64,000 nt of DNA from Schizochytrium sp. TIO01. Lineage: Eukaryota; Protista; Bigyra: Labyrinthulomycetes. The notes beneath the pieces were generated by a model. It did no database searches. It was not told the origin of the DNA and was given only the letters and a program-made list of their open reading frames with translations. The stretch spans positions 472,747-536,746 of the forward strand of contig SMSO01000037.1 of assembly GCA_004764695.1 (NCBI GenBank). Direction: 5' to 3'. The position numbers were made by a program, and so were the translations under genes. This document shows, one piece after another, positions 1 to 10,825 of this stretch (position 1 is its first letter; each line of letters opens with the position of its first letter).

Positions 1-899
1 GGGTGGCCCTTTATGCACATGCGCCTTCAAGTACCACAGCACTGTCGTAATTGGACTAACAGGAGGGCTGTCAATTTGTTGGTATCATATGCATTTTCTA
101 GCACTGAATTAAACTGTGAACATGATGGTGCTTGTAAGTGGCCATGATAGACAGTCCAATGTTTTGCACCATTTAGTGAGTACATCAATACTGTTCCCGC
201 GTTTTATCCTGATCTCTTCAAAGATATAGAATCATTGCCAGTGCGGCGCAGATATTATGAGCAAGAGGCATTCTTGACAGAGTTGATTCGCCGTCATAAT
301 CAGACCTACTAATTTTATAAATTGTATCGCATTATTATCCTTGGGTCAGAGGCAAAGAATGGTTTTTGACAGTTTCTATTGTAGATGTCTGGGTTGCTTG
401 AGAACCCATAAACAAGCTCATCCCCAGTGTGAGCGAACTTCCGTCGATGATTTGTTTACTTCTTTTGAAGAAATAGGTCACAACTCTGCAGCACAAATTA
501 GACCAATAACTAATCTGTGAGCAACGAAAAAGACTTCAAACTCATAAAACTGTCATCATACAGAAGGCAGGTCTTTTGGACAGGTAATTTTTTAAAACTG
601 TGAAGGCTACGTGGATACATTTCATCCATCCCAGCAGCGTTTGAAGCCTTGAAGGTGAAGCAAATCACACCTGGGGTTGATTGGTTAAAATCTAAGCAAC
701 CAGACAAGCAAAACACCATATTATAAATACTTCGAAATTCGTCACAATTCTCCGTTAAATAGAATTTAGACGACCCATGTTCAATCTTCGGCAATCCTGT
801 GAACAAGAAGTTGCTCATCATCACCTGCATTGAATATACTTGCATGAGCAGGTGATAAATACGACAAAGCTCTAGAAAGACCCAAGATGCGGCTAGACT

Positions 900-1650
900 C
901 GCAAAGCTTCTCTGCCGGTTGACATTTCCCCAATGTCAAAACTCACCGCTATCAGGCTCTGAGCAAATAAGGTCTGCGAAGCTCTTTCCGAAGGGAACTG
1001 TTCTATCACTCGGTTGCTCTTATTTCTGTGTTCTTGAAAATACCTCATTGTCAGATCCGAGGCCCTATCGATCATGCATATCTTCCAAGGGCCCTTACTA
1101 TTTACGCATGATTTATCCACAGAGACTGCAAGTCCTCATGAACCGTGACCTCCAAGGTCATCCGTCGACACCTCTGTGTTTCGCACATCGAATGTCTTAA
1201 GTTCTCATCTTGCAGCAGTAGCCAGGATCTCTATCGCAGTCATGTGCCCGTCTGTAATGAAGTCTCTGACTCCATGCAAGGTCACCATACCTACCGTTCT
1301 TTGCGCCCGTCGTCGCAAGGTCATTTATTCCTCGGCGCAAAGCTGGTCGCTGTGAGCTCTTGCGAGTGACCAAAGAGTTTATGTACTACCTGCTGTAACT
1401 CTACATCCCACACAAAACCGCACTTGTCTTTTCCGCAGTACGCAATGGAGCTGCTGTCTGAGCTCACAGATACGTCTACGAGCTCGTTGCCACGTATGCC
1501 CGCGAAGCCGCAATTTGCCGACCCTATGCTGCATCTCGCAGTGGATTGTGCAACCGCACGGGCTTGTTAACGCTGGTTGTTAATTCATACTTGCCTGCGA
1601 AACAGGCAGCAAGCACCGCGGCGCGGTGAGATGGAAGTTCCACGCTCTCG
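900..1650 (-). pseudogene. WDR83: Decayed WD40 gene, WDR83/MORG1-like
   Basis: Manual minus-strand translation gives collinear blocks HRAAVLAACFAGKYELTTSVNKPVRLHNPLRD, GNELVDVSVSSDSSSIAYCGKDKCGFVWDVELQQVVHKLFGHSQEL, EILATAAR*ELKTFDVRNTEVSTDDLGG and ICMIDRASDLTMRYFQEHRNK. These follow the MORG1 sequence as I recall it (GAVRAVRF..GNYCLTCGSDKTLKLWNPLRG / GYEVLD..DKAVVLWDVASGQVVRKFRGH / EILAGSVDGRVRRYDLR / LRLLDKDTGELLGEYKGHKN). Several in-frame stops and frameshifts. Confidence 0.78.
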
Positions 1651-3079
1651 TGGAACCGCTATGCAATTTTGAGTTTTGCTTCTCTATTAGAATGTCTCCC
1701 TGCTTATGGACAACCAGACAAATGATGTGATTATTACAAAATCCTTTTGTTCATTGTGAGGAACAAGCTCGTCGTTGCGAAAAGGCTCAGTTTGCTACAC
1801 GAGGCAGAAATTTGGTTCAAGGAATGGTTCAGTTAGCTTCTAAGGCTCATGTAGACTGTTTGCTGAATGCCAGAAGACTAGGTACTGCCTCGTGCTGCGA
1901 ATAATGTTAGGCGAGTTTCATGAAAGAGGCTTTGGAAAACCTTCCCTGGAAAACCTGCGTGAAGACGTACGTGAAAATGCCCCAAAGCCTAATAAATTGG
2001 CTCGCAATGTCCTTTTCAAAAGTGGGCGCTTCTTCAAAAGCTTTTGTTTGCAAATGAAGGCTCAGTAATTCGAAGAAACAGAGGAGCGTTGTTGAAAATC
2101 AGGTTTAAGATGAGATTAAAAAAATGAAAGAAATAAAACTGGTCAACAAATTGTATTCATGAGAATGTTGAAATGATTGTCCCCTGATCTCGCAAGAGAA
2201 CATGATGCAAGAATAAAAGATGACGAGAACCTCGAGATGAAGAGAGTAGACGAGAAAGGAGGAATATCGCGAGCCATGAGAGATTAAAAATATGAGCAGC
2301 CCTCTAAAACGGTTTTTACACCAGTTCCAGAGTACCGCCCTTGGTAGTCGTAGAAACTTGCGTCGGTCTAAAAAGTTTAATGGTGACCCGGGTTTACGAT
2401 CAGCGCGAAACGAGCCCTTGTAAACCAGATAATCGCATCAGTGGGGTACTGGTGGAAGGTAGTGTTAATTGTAGATGTAAGAGAGGCATTAGAGAAGGAG
2501 ACAACCCATTGTTGGCCTTGGTCAGCGCGTTACTACTACTACTTATGATATATGTTCGCTTACGAGCAGAAGCTTCGATTATTAAAGACTATCTTAATGA
2601 GAACAAATGTAGTGCAGACAGTATTATGTATCAGTCGCCCCTAAAAGGTAGTGTTTGGCGATGTAGTAGCCAACAAACCTGATAAAATTGTACAGAAAAG
2701 GTTCACCATGTGGAGGATACATTGTCAACTTCAAAAAAATAAAATCCATAGGAGTGTATGGAACATCGATACTGACGAAAGCGTATTTGTCTGTCCGTAG
2801 CATGCATATGCTATAGGCTACGGAAGGTGTGAGAGGCTTTGAATGGTAGCTATACTTATTCAGAAGTGGCAAAGCAACAACGTTGCTGTTGCTGTTGAGC
2901 TCAAGACATTTAAGCCACAGGGACAGCAGGATGAGGGCTTGTATCTGTGCGATCGATGCCTTCATTGTCGTTGAAAAAGCGTGTGCCAACAATGCTTTGT
3001 CGTCGCTGAGGCGTTCGCTGGAGGATCAAGCACCTGTTCCCATCTTTTATACTGTTCTACCGAGAGAAACACGAAGATT

Positions 3080-3810
3080 CTACTCCGTTAGAAGCGTCAA
3101 TTGAATGCTCACCAATAGTTTCAAAGAAGGCCTGAGATGAAGGCATTTCGTCAATGGAAGCATTTCCTGAAGAATTTTGGTTAGGATTGAAAGCTGGCAG
3201 ATTGCTTTCCCTATGCAAACGGTGCTTATTGTTGGAATTTGGAATTGTCGAGTCTCTCTGTTAATGTTGTTGTTGTTGTTGTTGTTGTGACGAGACACAT
3301 AATCCTCATGAAGGCTATTAGTGATAATAGCCATATTTGTAGAGGCTAGAAGATTGGATTGTGTGAGATGTTGCATAGAGAACGAATTTCGATGGAGCTC
3401 TGAGAACTGGTGCAGTTGTGATTTTTGCTGTTGTAGCTGCTTCTGCTTGTCAAACTTGTAGTTATCAGCCGACGACACATGACCACTGCTGCTGTGTGAC
3501 TTGCTACTTAAGCTGGTAGAACGAGACATATTATCATTAATGTGACGAACAGATCCAGAACGGTTTGCTTGATTATGGTCGGGCTCCTCATTCATTGACA
3601 AAAACTCTTCTGAGGTACTATTGAAAGACGTTGGAACAGGCGAAGGCGAAATCGGTGAGAGAATAGAGTGAGATGAGGGCGCAGAGGGCATAATGTGAGC
3701 CTGCCCAGAACCAAAGCACATGTTGCGAAGGAAAAAGTGCATCTCGTAATCCAGCATGTGGAGCAAGGAGAGAAGAAGATCTACAAAGGTGTGAATAATA
3801 TGTTTGGGCT
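3080..3810 (-). pseudogene. Ser/Gln/Asn-rich ORF remnant, possibly the decayed C-terminal part of a protein kinase gene
   Basis: 228-codon open frame with protein-like low complexity (poly-N, Q-rich). It begins FVDLLLSLLHMLDYE, weakly like kinase subdomain XI (DYRK-type F.DL...MLDYDP). The upstream frame is broken by stops. Confidence 0.3.
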
Positions 3811-4449
3811 TGACTTTGCCTCAGTTGAAGGATTGATTGTGGAATTACGAGAGTTGGTAGTAGCTACATCTATGATCTTAAGTATTAGTAGTTAGATCCT
3901 AGGAAGTCCTACAAAGCATTTTTAGTCTTCTACTTTCAGATCGGGACATGGAAGATCCAGGTCTACCAAACTAGCGGCAACTCCGAAAGTCAAAACAACA
4001 ACTCAGCGCGTAGGAGCGTTCATGGCTCGAGATGGCAACTCGGAGGTCCCTGCTGGACGTGCTTCGAGCCCTACAATAGTCTGTATTTGATTAATAAGGA
4101 GCTCTATCTTAGATTCTGACGGAGTTGAATACAACTTTCAAGCTACTTGATTTGATTGCAAGTGTCCTTGATCGCTCGAACATAATGCACTCGACTGAAC
4201 AGTCCATTAGACATCACGAAGCCTATGCCAGCAACTAAACACAAGAAGTATGTACAGCAAACAGCGGATGTTCTACATTATTGACTCCATACTGATTATT
4301 GGTTACGTTGCGTTGATTCAATCTTCTAATCGAGCTCATAAGCCAATTACAAACCAAGATTCTCGCCAACCTCCATTCATGAATTCATGAGGTAAGATGA
4401 AAAGTAGATAAGCGGCGGGCCTGCTGCTACATTCACCTTGGAGTGGCTC

Positions 4450-4785
4450 TTACTTGCGTGGTCCAAAGCCCCAGCTTGACATGGAGAAGTCACTCACCAT
4501 GTTCACAGCGACGCGATGTTGGGGAATGTTGGTTTCCTTGTTGATAGCGGCAGTAATGTGATTCAAAGCCTCCGAGAGCTCACCGCCCATACTCTGCAGG
4601 TTAGCCATCGCACAAGGCTCCACAGAACCTGCCATGACAAGACCCTCAGAACATTCTACGTTCACAGTAACCCAAGACGCAGGATGCTTGAATCCCTCTG
4701 CTACAGCCTGTGTCAATGCCAACGCAAGAGCTTGCTTGCGCGCCGGGGTAAGGCTTTCACTCAGGATCACGTTAAGGAAGGGCAT
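4450..4785 (-). CDS. MIF: MIF/D-dopachrome tautomerase family protein, copy A
   Basis: 111 aa; Met-Pro start (catalytic Pro1 after Met removal); GS.EPCA motif; IPQHRV matches the MIF I.PDRV segment; clearly paralogous to 6817..7182. Confidence 0.88.
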   Translation of the reverse strand: MPFLNVILSESLTPARKQALALALTQAVAEGFKHPASWVTVNVECSEGLVMAGSVEPCAMANLQSMGGELSEALNHITAAINKETNIPQHRVAVNMVSDFSMSSWGFGPRK

Positions 4786-5879
4786 GGTCTTTTGTGTTTT
4801 GTTTGGTCCAAACTAGTTTGAACTACCACGATGTGAGGTGATAGTAGAGTACCGAAATCAGGAACAGGCTTTCCTTGGTATTGGGGGTTAAGGATTTACT
4901 GCCTCTGGGAGAAAGTTTGCTTGGTTTGCCCCCCTTGTCGCTTTGAGCTCTGTAAAAAAGTTAGATATTGTACGACAGAATCGATTCTTTGTCGTTCATT
5001 GACCCGAATATATAAGTATGGTCATCTCTGACCATATAACGTGGTAAGTTATGTTAGTATCAACTATATAGTACTTCAGAGAAATTCTTTGGTTCAAGCG
5101 ATCTCTGAGCTGTCTTGCAAATCTTTTCAGCAAGCTCATCATATTTAAGTCGAAGGCTAGCATAATAAAGACGTTTACATGTTTTCTCTTAAGCCGTTAA
5201 CATGAGCGATCCAACTTCTGCTGTTTCAACGCAACGAAATGCTCATGGATTCACCTTCACTCTGCTCGCCACGGTTTATCTTTGGAACTACATTAGCAAG
5301 ACTTAACCATTTTATGGAACCCGCATAAGTATTGTTGACAGGTTCTTAAAAATCGCAGAACATTATGTTGCAAAGAAGAAAACTATTAACTGAGATTGTG
5401 AACCATCAAATCGAAATATACAGTAGGATTAACCTACTATTGAAGTAATATATAGCCCGGTGTTAAACCTAAATTAGTCTAACTAAACCCACTTCAACTG
5501 ATCTCAGATTCTTCTGCTCAACATTACTGCCTGAATGCTAAAACCTTTAAAACATAGATATCATCCTTTCCTCTTTCCCCTGAGTTCGCCATCCTTGCCA
5601 GACCACCTCTGCACGTTTCACAGAACAATCCAATCTGCAATAGGCTATGGACCCAAGATACGCCAGAAAGATACGAGCGCAACAACTCATTTTCTAGACA
5701 TCTTGAAATCAGAGGAGTTCATAGAGTAAAACATTCAACTTTTCGGAATATAGAACTTTCAATGGAATATACTTTATACAGCCATCAAGAAGGTCAATAA
5801 GATGACCCTGAGCGACAAGAACAACAACAAGGATCAAGCTGCAAAGAGTGGGGGTCTTAACGAGAACCTTGTGGAACAA

Positions 5880-6780
5880 CTTCGAAAGTCAGAACAAGAA
5901 TAGTCTCAAGGATCATCCGCCTGACGAGTTGCATAACGAGTTCAAGTTCGACTCTGAAGATGACTTGGACGACGGTATGGATGAAGAACCTCGAGGCAGA
6001 ACAAAGTCTTGATCATCAGCCTCGGCAAGGAATAAGGGTCGCAATCGAGGACGACACGCGCTCAGGCGAGCTCTCAAGCTCTGTATGGTGAACGCTCTTA
6101 ATAAAGATGGAAGCAGCCGAGAATTTTGGTGAGAAATGATGCGAGAGCAGATATATCTCTGTGGGTGCAGTCCTAAGAAAATTGAAGCTGAAACTGATCC
6201 TAAAGGACAACGCCGTTTGAACACTGCACTTTTCCACTTACTCAAAATTCAATCTCATCTCCAATTACTCTCACAGACTCCAAGCGCCTGGGCGGCTGCA
6301 ATGAACCCAAGTGTATGAAATTTCCTCTAACCAAGTATGCTTAATATTTGTTGTAATGCCAAATTCGAATTGAGCTCATGATGCGTAAAATGGAGCTGAT
6401 CATTGATACAACGTTCGACTTAGTGTCTTGCGATGATAATGAAAAGTTCATTTCAATGCCTTCCGTTTTAGTAAAGAATGTCAAGCCCAACTCCAAGCTA
6501 TTGACCAGTACAAAGCTTTGATGCTGTAATCGCGAATCAATATCCACTTTTGTGAGGCGCAGTTTCGACTAATTTGGAATCAAGCAAGTTAAGTCATCCA
6601 TGAAATTCATGGGCTATTCTTGTCTTTGCTCATGGTAGTGCAGCAAGGACGAATCAAGTACGACGAAACAAAGATTCCTTTTTGTCTGGCAAACACCTTG
6701 GAGGAGTTTTCATACGATGAGGGGTTTTGAGTAATCGCGAACAGGAACGCGTGTGAAAACGAAGGCAGCAAGTCAATAAG
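5880..6780 (+). pseudogene. Decayed bZIP-like transcription factor gene (stramenopile bZIP/PAS-like architecture)
   Basis: One frame reads acidic DSEDDLDDGMDEEP, basic ARNKGRNRGRHALRRALK, a helical segment, then TPSAWAAAMNPSV. ANTLEEFSYDEGF*VIANRN follows later in another frame. Interrupted by stops and frameshifts; family call is by eye. Confidence 0.4.
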
Positions 6781-6816
6781 GAGCAAGGAAGGTACAATCA
6801 CAAAGAATTCACAGGC

Positions 6817-7182
6817 TTACTTGTTAGCAGCAGCTGCACGGGCCTCGGCCACAGTGATACCAGAGCGGCCCCACATAGACGCATCAAAGCTAACCATGTT
6901 CATGCTGATGCGGTCCTCCGGAATACTGAGCTCCTTGTGGAGGGCATCCGTAACCGGCTTGAGAGCCTGGCTGAGCTCGCCACCAATGCCCTGAATGTTG
7001 GCCATGGCGCAAGGCTCAGCAGTTCCGGCAGTCATGAGGCCCTCGGCGAACTCTACGTTCACCGTGACAGACGCAGTAGGCTTGCCAAAACCATCGGCAA
7101 TAGCCTGAATCAACGCCTTACCAGCAGCATGCTTGAGCTCGAGGGTGAGCGGGACGTTGGTGAGAACGCTGATAAACGGCAT
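6817..7182 (-). CDS. MIF: MIF/D-dopachrome tautomerase family protein, copy B
   Basis: 121 aa; MPFISVLTNVP start (MIF PMFIVNTNVP), GKP with the Lys32 equivalent, GTAEPCA, GIG (MIF SIG), LSIPEDRI. Confidence 0.92.
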   Translation of the reverse strand: MPFISVLTNVPLTLELKHAAGKALIQAIADGFGKPTASVTVNVEFAEGLMTAGTAEPCAMANIQGIGGELSQALKPVTDALHKELSIPEDRISMNMVSFDASMWGRSGITVAEARAAAANK

Positions 7183-7245
7183 TTTAGTTGACTACTGAGT
7201 TTCATCCGGACCCGACCGGTCACCATAAGTACTCCCCGTTTCCCG

Positions 7246-7289
<44 letters not shown>
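7246..7289. repeat. (GCA)n microsatellite upstream of MIF copy B
   Basis: About 14 GCA units with one interruption. Confidence 0.9.
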
Positions 7290-7291
<2 letters not shown>

Positions 7292-8899
7292 CATTTTAGT
7301 AAGAAGCAAAATTGCCCATCATCATCCATCGTGATATCGAGAGCATGCAAAAGCAGGCCACGTGCATATTATGAGAAGGTCAAAGCCGAAAGTTACCCCA
7401 ATAGCGCAAGCACAAACACCCTGTCGTCAGCTCGTCTGCCTTTATGCTTCATTATACATAATCACATACCTTGAGAGTTTTATTCTACGTGCTCCTTATT
7501 GATGATTTGGTGTTCCTGAAGCTTGTCTTTCTTGGTAATCTTTTTCGATCTCTACTATCCCGATTAGCCATATATAGTTCAAACTATAAGAGTACCCTAT
7601 TTACATATTACATGCAAGTAAAATCCCTCGTCTTGAAGCGCTAATTCTACTTTCTCATGGAGCAGGTTTCTCTAGAATGCGGTTACATAGTTGCTGTGTA
7701 AGTCTTGCGCCAGACTATCTCCCATATACCATCCTAGACACAAAAAGCCACAAGATAGTCAATACAAGGATTGCACAAAGTTGTTGCTAACAGCTGAATA
7801 ACAGCGCTCTTTCCGATTCTGATCAAAATAATTACAACATACAAAAGCGATTATTTGTTTTCGAAAAGCAAGTGCTTCATGCCTTTGGCAAGCGGTTACC
7901 TTTGGAATTTTCAGACAGGGTTAATTACAAAAGACTCTATGGCGACGTCTGATTTCGTGATGCGATGAGATCGTTACCTCGCATAGAATGATTAAGATAA
8001 TGTCATTGATTGCACACTTGTGAAAAGGTTGTTGAGCAAGCACAGTCACCAAGTAGCACTGTTTTTCATGTTAGCCTTCCGTACATGGCAATTTGACCGC
8101 TAAGGTATACATTTCCTGCCTGCATTGTTTCTATCTTTTCTCTTTTCTGTTTGTCTTCATCTTGCTCTAGTTAAGTGTTTTAAAATACTTGCCAAACAAA
8201 ACTACGCTGTACTATCTATATTTATGAATATGATTGAGTTGTCTGTTACGCAGATTTTGGTGTTGCGAAAAGTACTTTTTATACGTCGTCACAGAAAAAA
8301 AAATAAAAATATATAAATACCCAGGCATATTTTTTTTATTCAATCCCCCCAAACCGTGAAACGGAGTTCACAGCTATTGTGAGGTGCTGCGGTAGAAATT
8401 TACTCAGCCAGCTTCCTTAACGCCTCTTCTCAGACGCGATTGATGAGGCGCGTCAACTCTGGTACTCACATGGCTGTACATTATACATGATGCACAAAGT
8501 AGCAAACACAAGTACACACCTTGAGAACTGATTTGGGGACTCGGGCGCGGAATCCAAGGTCCCAGGATTCGCCGCGCGAGGTAAAGAACGCGCATGGCCG
8601 TGCTTTAAAGGCAAGTGAAGAAGGAGGCGATCCAGAGAAAATATTTTACTCGCTTGAAAGTTGATAGTTGACTTTGCGCAGGCACTTTTGAGGAAACTAT
8701 ATGTACAACAAGAATAGAAGGCATAAAGCAAAGCAAACTATTGTGCGAGAACCCAAGGTTCTACTTTAGAGTTCAAGCTCTAGCCTAGTGACGAAGGTAG
8801 TTCTCAGAACCTGAACGTGCAGTAGTCAACGCTATCGCGGCAAGGCTAAGGATCCCGCCAGCCACCTGGCTTGGTGGCCAGTGGCCTGCGGTCAACACC

Positions 8900-9820
8900 A
8901 TGGTGTACTTTGTCTATTCAAGCGAATATGAAATGGAGCCCGGTGCTGACTTCTTGCACTCGCTCTCGATTGCAGAGAATGGTCTCTATCAGCAGGAGTT
9001 CGCAGATCGCCCAAAAACCGAAAATCGAAGTAGAAGCCATGGACAGATGCGCCAAGGACGTCGATCTCCACCGAGAGCTCCACGAGCACCTCGAAATGCA
9101 GGGCCTGCAAACTCACAGGAAGAACACCAACACATTGGCCGCTCTAACAAGGTCAGTTTGAACAAAGGCTCGGGCATGTCAAGGCGCCCGAATACTAGTC
9201 AATCACTGAGGAGGACAAACAGAAGTGGACATGAATCATCGGTGGCAAGTCTACCCTCACCTGTCGCCAGAGGCTCTGTTGGCCAGAGCTCCCGACGTGA
9301 GGCTTGGCCCCTAGATCGACAAGGTCAGCGAACTCGACGGCGGTCCCCGTCACCTCATCGAGCAAAATCACCAAATGGGCGGCACGTGGAAGGCGCTTTG
9401 TCGCCCAAGTATATTCCAGCTGCAACTAGCTATCAAGAGTTGAGTATTTCTGATCGTCGCCTTGGCAATGAGGCAATCAAGACTATTTTGGATCGTGGCC
9501 GTACCCATAACGGGCTGATTGAGCGAGCTCAGGCAAGTGTCGATACTTCAGAGCCTCGCACGCTTAGTATCAATCGCTGGCATCAGACCATGCGTATGCG
9601 TGACCCAATGCCTGAGCTGGAACTCCCCAAGGATGTTAAATTACATTCCAGCTGGACACAACTGGCAGAACTCAAGTGGCGAAAGGACTGGCATGAGCGT
9701 TTGCTAAAAAGCACAAAGTCTAATATTGACGTTCAACTGCCTAAGCATGTCAAGGTGTACCAGCGGCGAAAGAAAGAAGAGTTACGTAAGCTTGTTCAAG
9801 GCGATCGTGTAATCACGTGA
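8900..9820 (+). CDS. Basic Arg/Ser-rich protein with two H-x-x-x-L/I...D...P motifs resembling the CFAP97/KIAA1430 cilia-associated motif
   Basis: 306-aa ATG-initiated ORF. HNGLIERAQASVDTSEP and HERLLKSTKSNIDVQLP resemble the H..RL...K..ID...P motif. The family call is tentative; the CDS itself is likely real. Confidence 0.65.
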   Translation: MVYFVYSSEYEMEPGADFLHSLSIAENGLYQQEFADRPKTENRSRSHGQMRQGRRSPPRAPRAPRNAGPANSQEEHQHIGRSNKVSLNKGSGMSRRPNTSQSLRRTNRSGHESSVASLPSPVARGSVGQSSRREAWPLDRQGQRTRRRSPSPHRAKSPNGRHVEGALSPKYIPAATSYQELSISDRRLGNEAIKTILDRGRTHNGLIERAQASVDTSEPRTLSINRWHQTMRMRDPMPELELPKDVKLHSSWTQLAELKWRKDWHERLLKSTKSNIDVQLPKHVKVYQRRKKEELRKLVQGDRVIT

Positions 9821-10825
9821 CCTTATTTTAGACGCTCAGCCCGCTCGAATCGTTCTCTGGTTGCCCAAAGAAGACCAGACGGCTGATCTCGAGTAGCTGC
9901 TATTCTAACCCGTTTAATGGGTTACACCACATAAACCTGATGAGATTAACTTCCAGATGAATACTTTGTTTTCTTGCTTGTTTTCTTCTTACTATTTTCT
10001 GGATTTTAAAGGGTGCAGATTTTGGGTGCAGTTGAAAAATGTTCTTTTCTGAGTAGTGCTCCAGTTTCCTATTCAAACCTCCTCAGAAGCCTTGTAATAA
10101 TAAATTTTGACATTTTGTGCGCAGCAATCATGGACCCATGTGAATATCAGCGAGGTTACTGTTGTTCTTTCCATCTGAGCTAGACATACTCATGACCTCA
10201 GTTGTTCACACAATATTGACAAACGAAATTTTTGGGATTAACAAGTTTACAATACAATTCATTCATACATTGATTTATTCATTGGTTCACTTATTATTAT
10301 GACGTACAAACAGCAGCAGTAGCAGAATATGATGCAAAAACTGCAGCAATGGTGGTGAAAAAGAAGACTTGAGCATGATCCAGCATTAATTAACTGGAGC
10401 GCAACACACAACCTTGGGCCTCCTTTCATTTCCTTTTCCTTTTCCATTTCTCCAAATTACTAACCAGGGAATCTTGTTTTAAAGGGAGAAATGCCCCCCA
10501 AAAGGGTGTATGGTCTTTTGACTAATCAATATCAGAAAGGAAGCGACATTTACAGAATGAAATGGGCTCTCCGATGGAATCCACAGTCCAAATGTATCAC
10601 TGAGAAGAAATCACGAGCAGGCATGAGGAGGAGGGGCTCCAACATGAATAAGTATGCAGACGATGTCCCAGCATCTAACAAAGCGGTATTTTAAATCCAT
10701 ACTCTGGCAGGAAGAGAAACAAATCAAGCATCTTGTGCTGATGATTGAGTGCCTAAGGCGGGTAGGAGAAATGCAGGCTTAATAGCATGCAGAAGCATGC
10801 TCAAATATTGCAAGCCAACATTACA

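Noticed and set aside
900-6780. TGA read-through or alternative genetic code explaining in-frame TGA in the relics
   Set aside because: The relics also contain TAG/TAA stops and frameshifts, and intact genes such as HSF and the b5 protein end at TGA.
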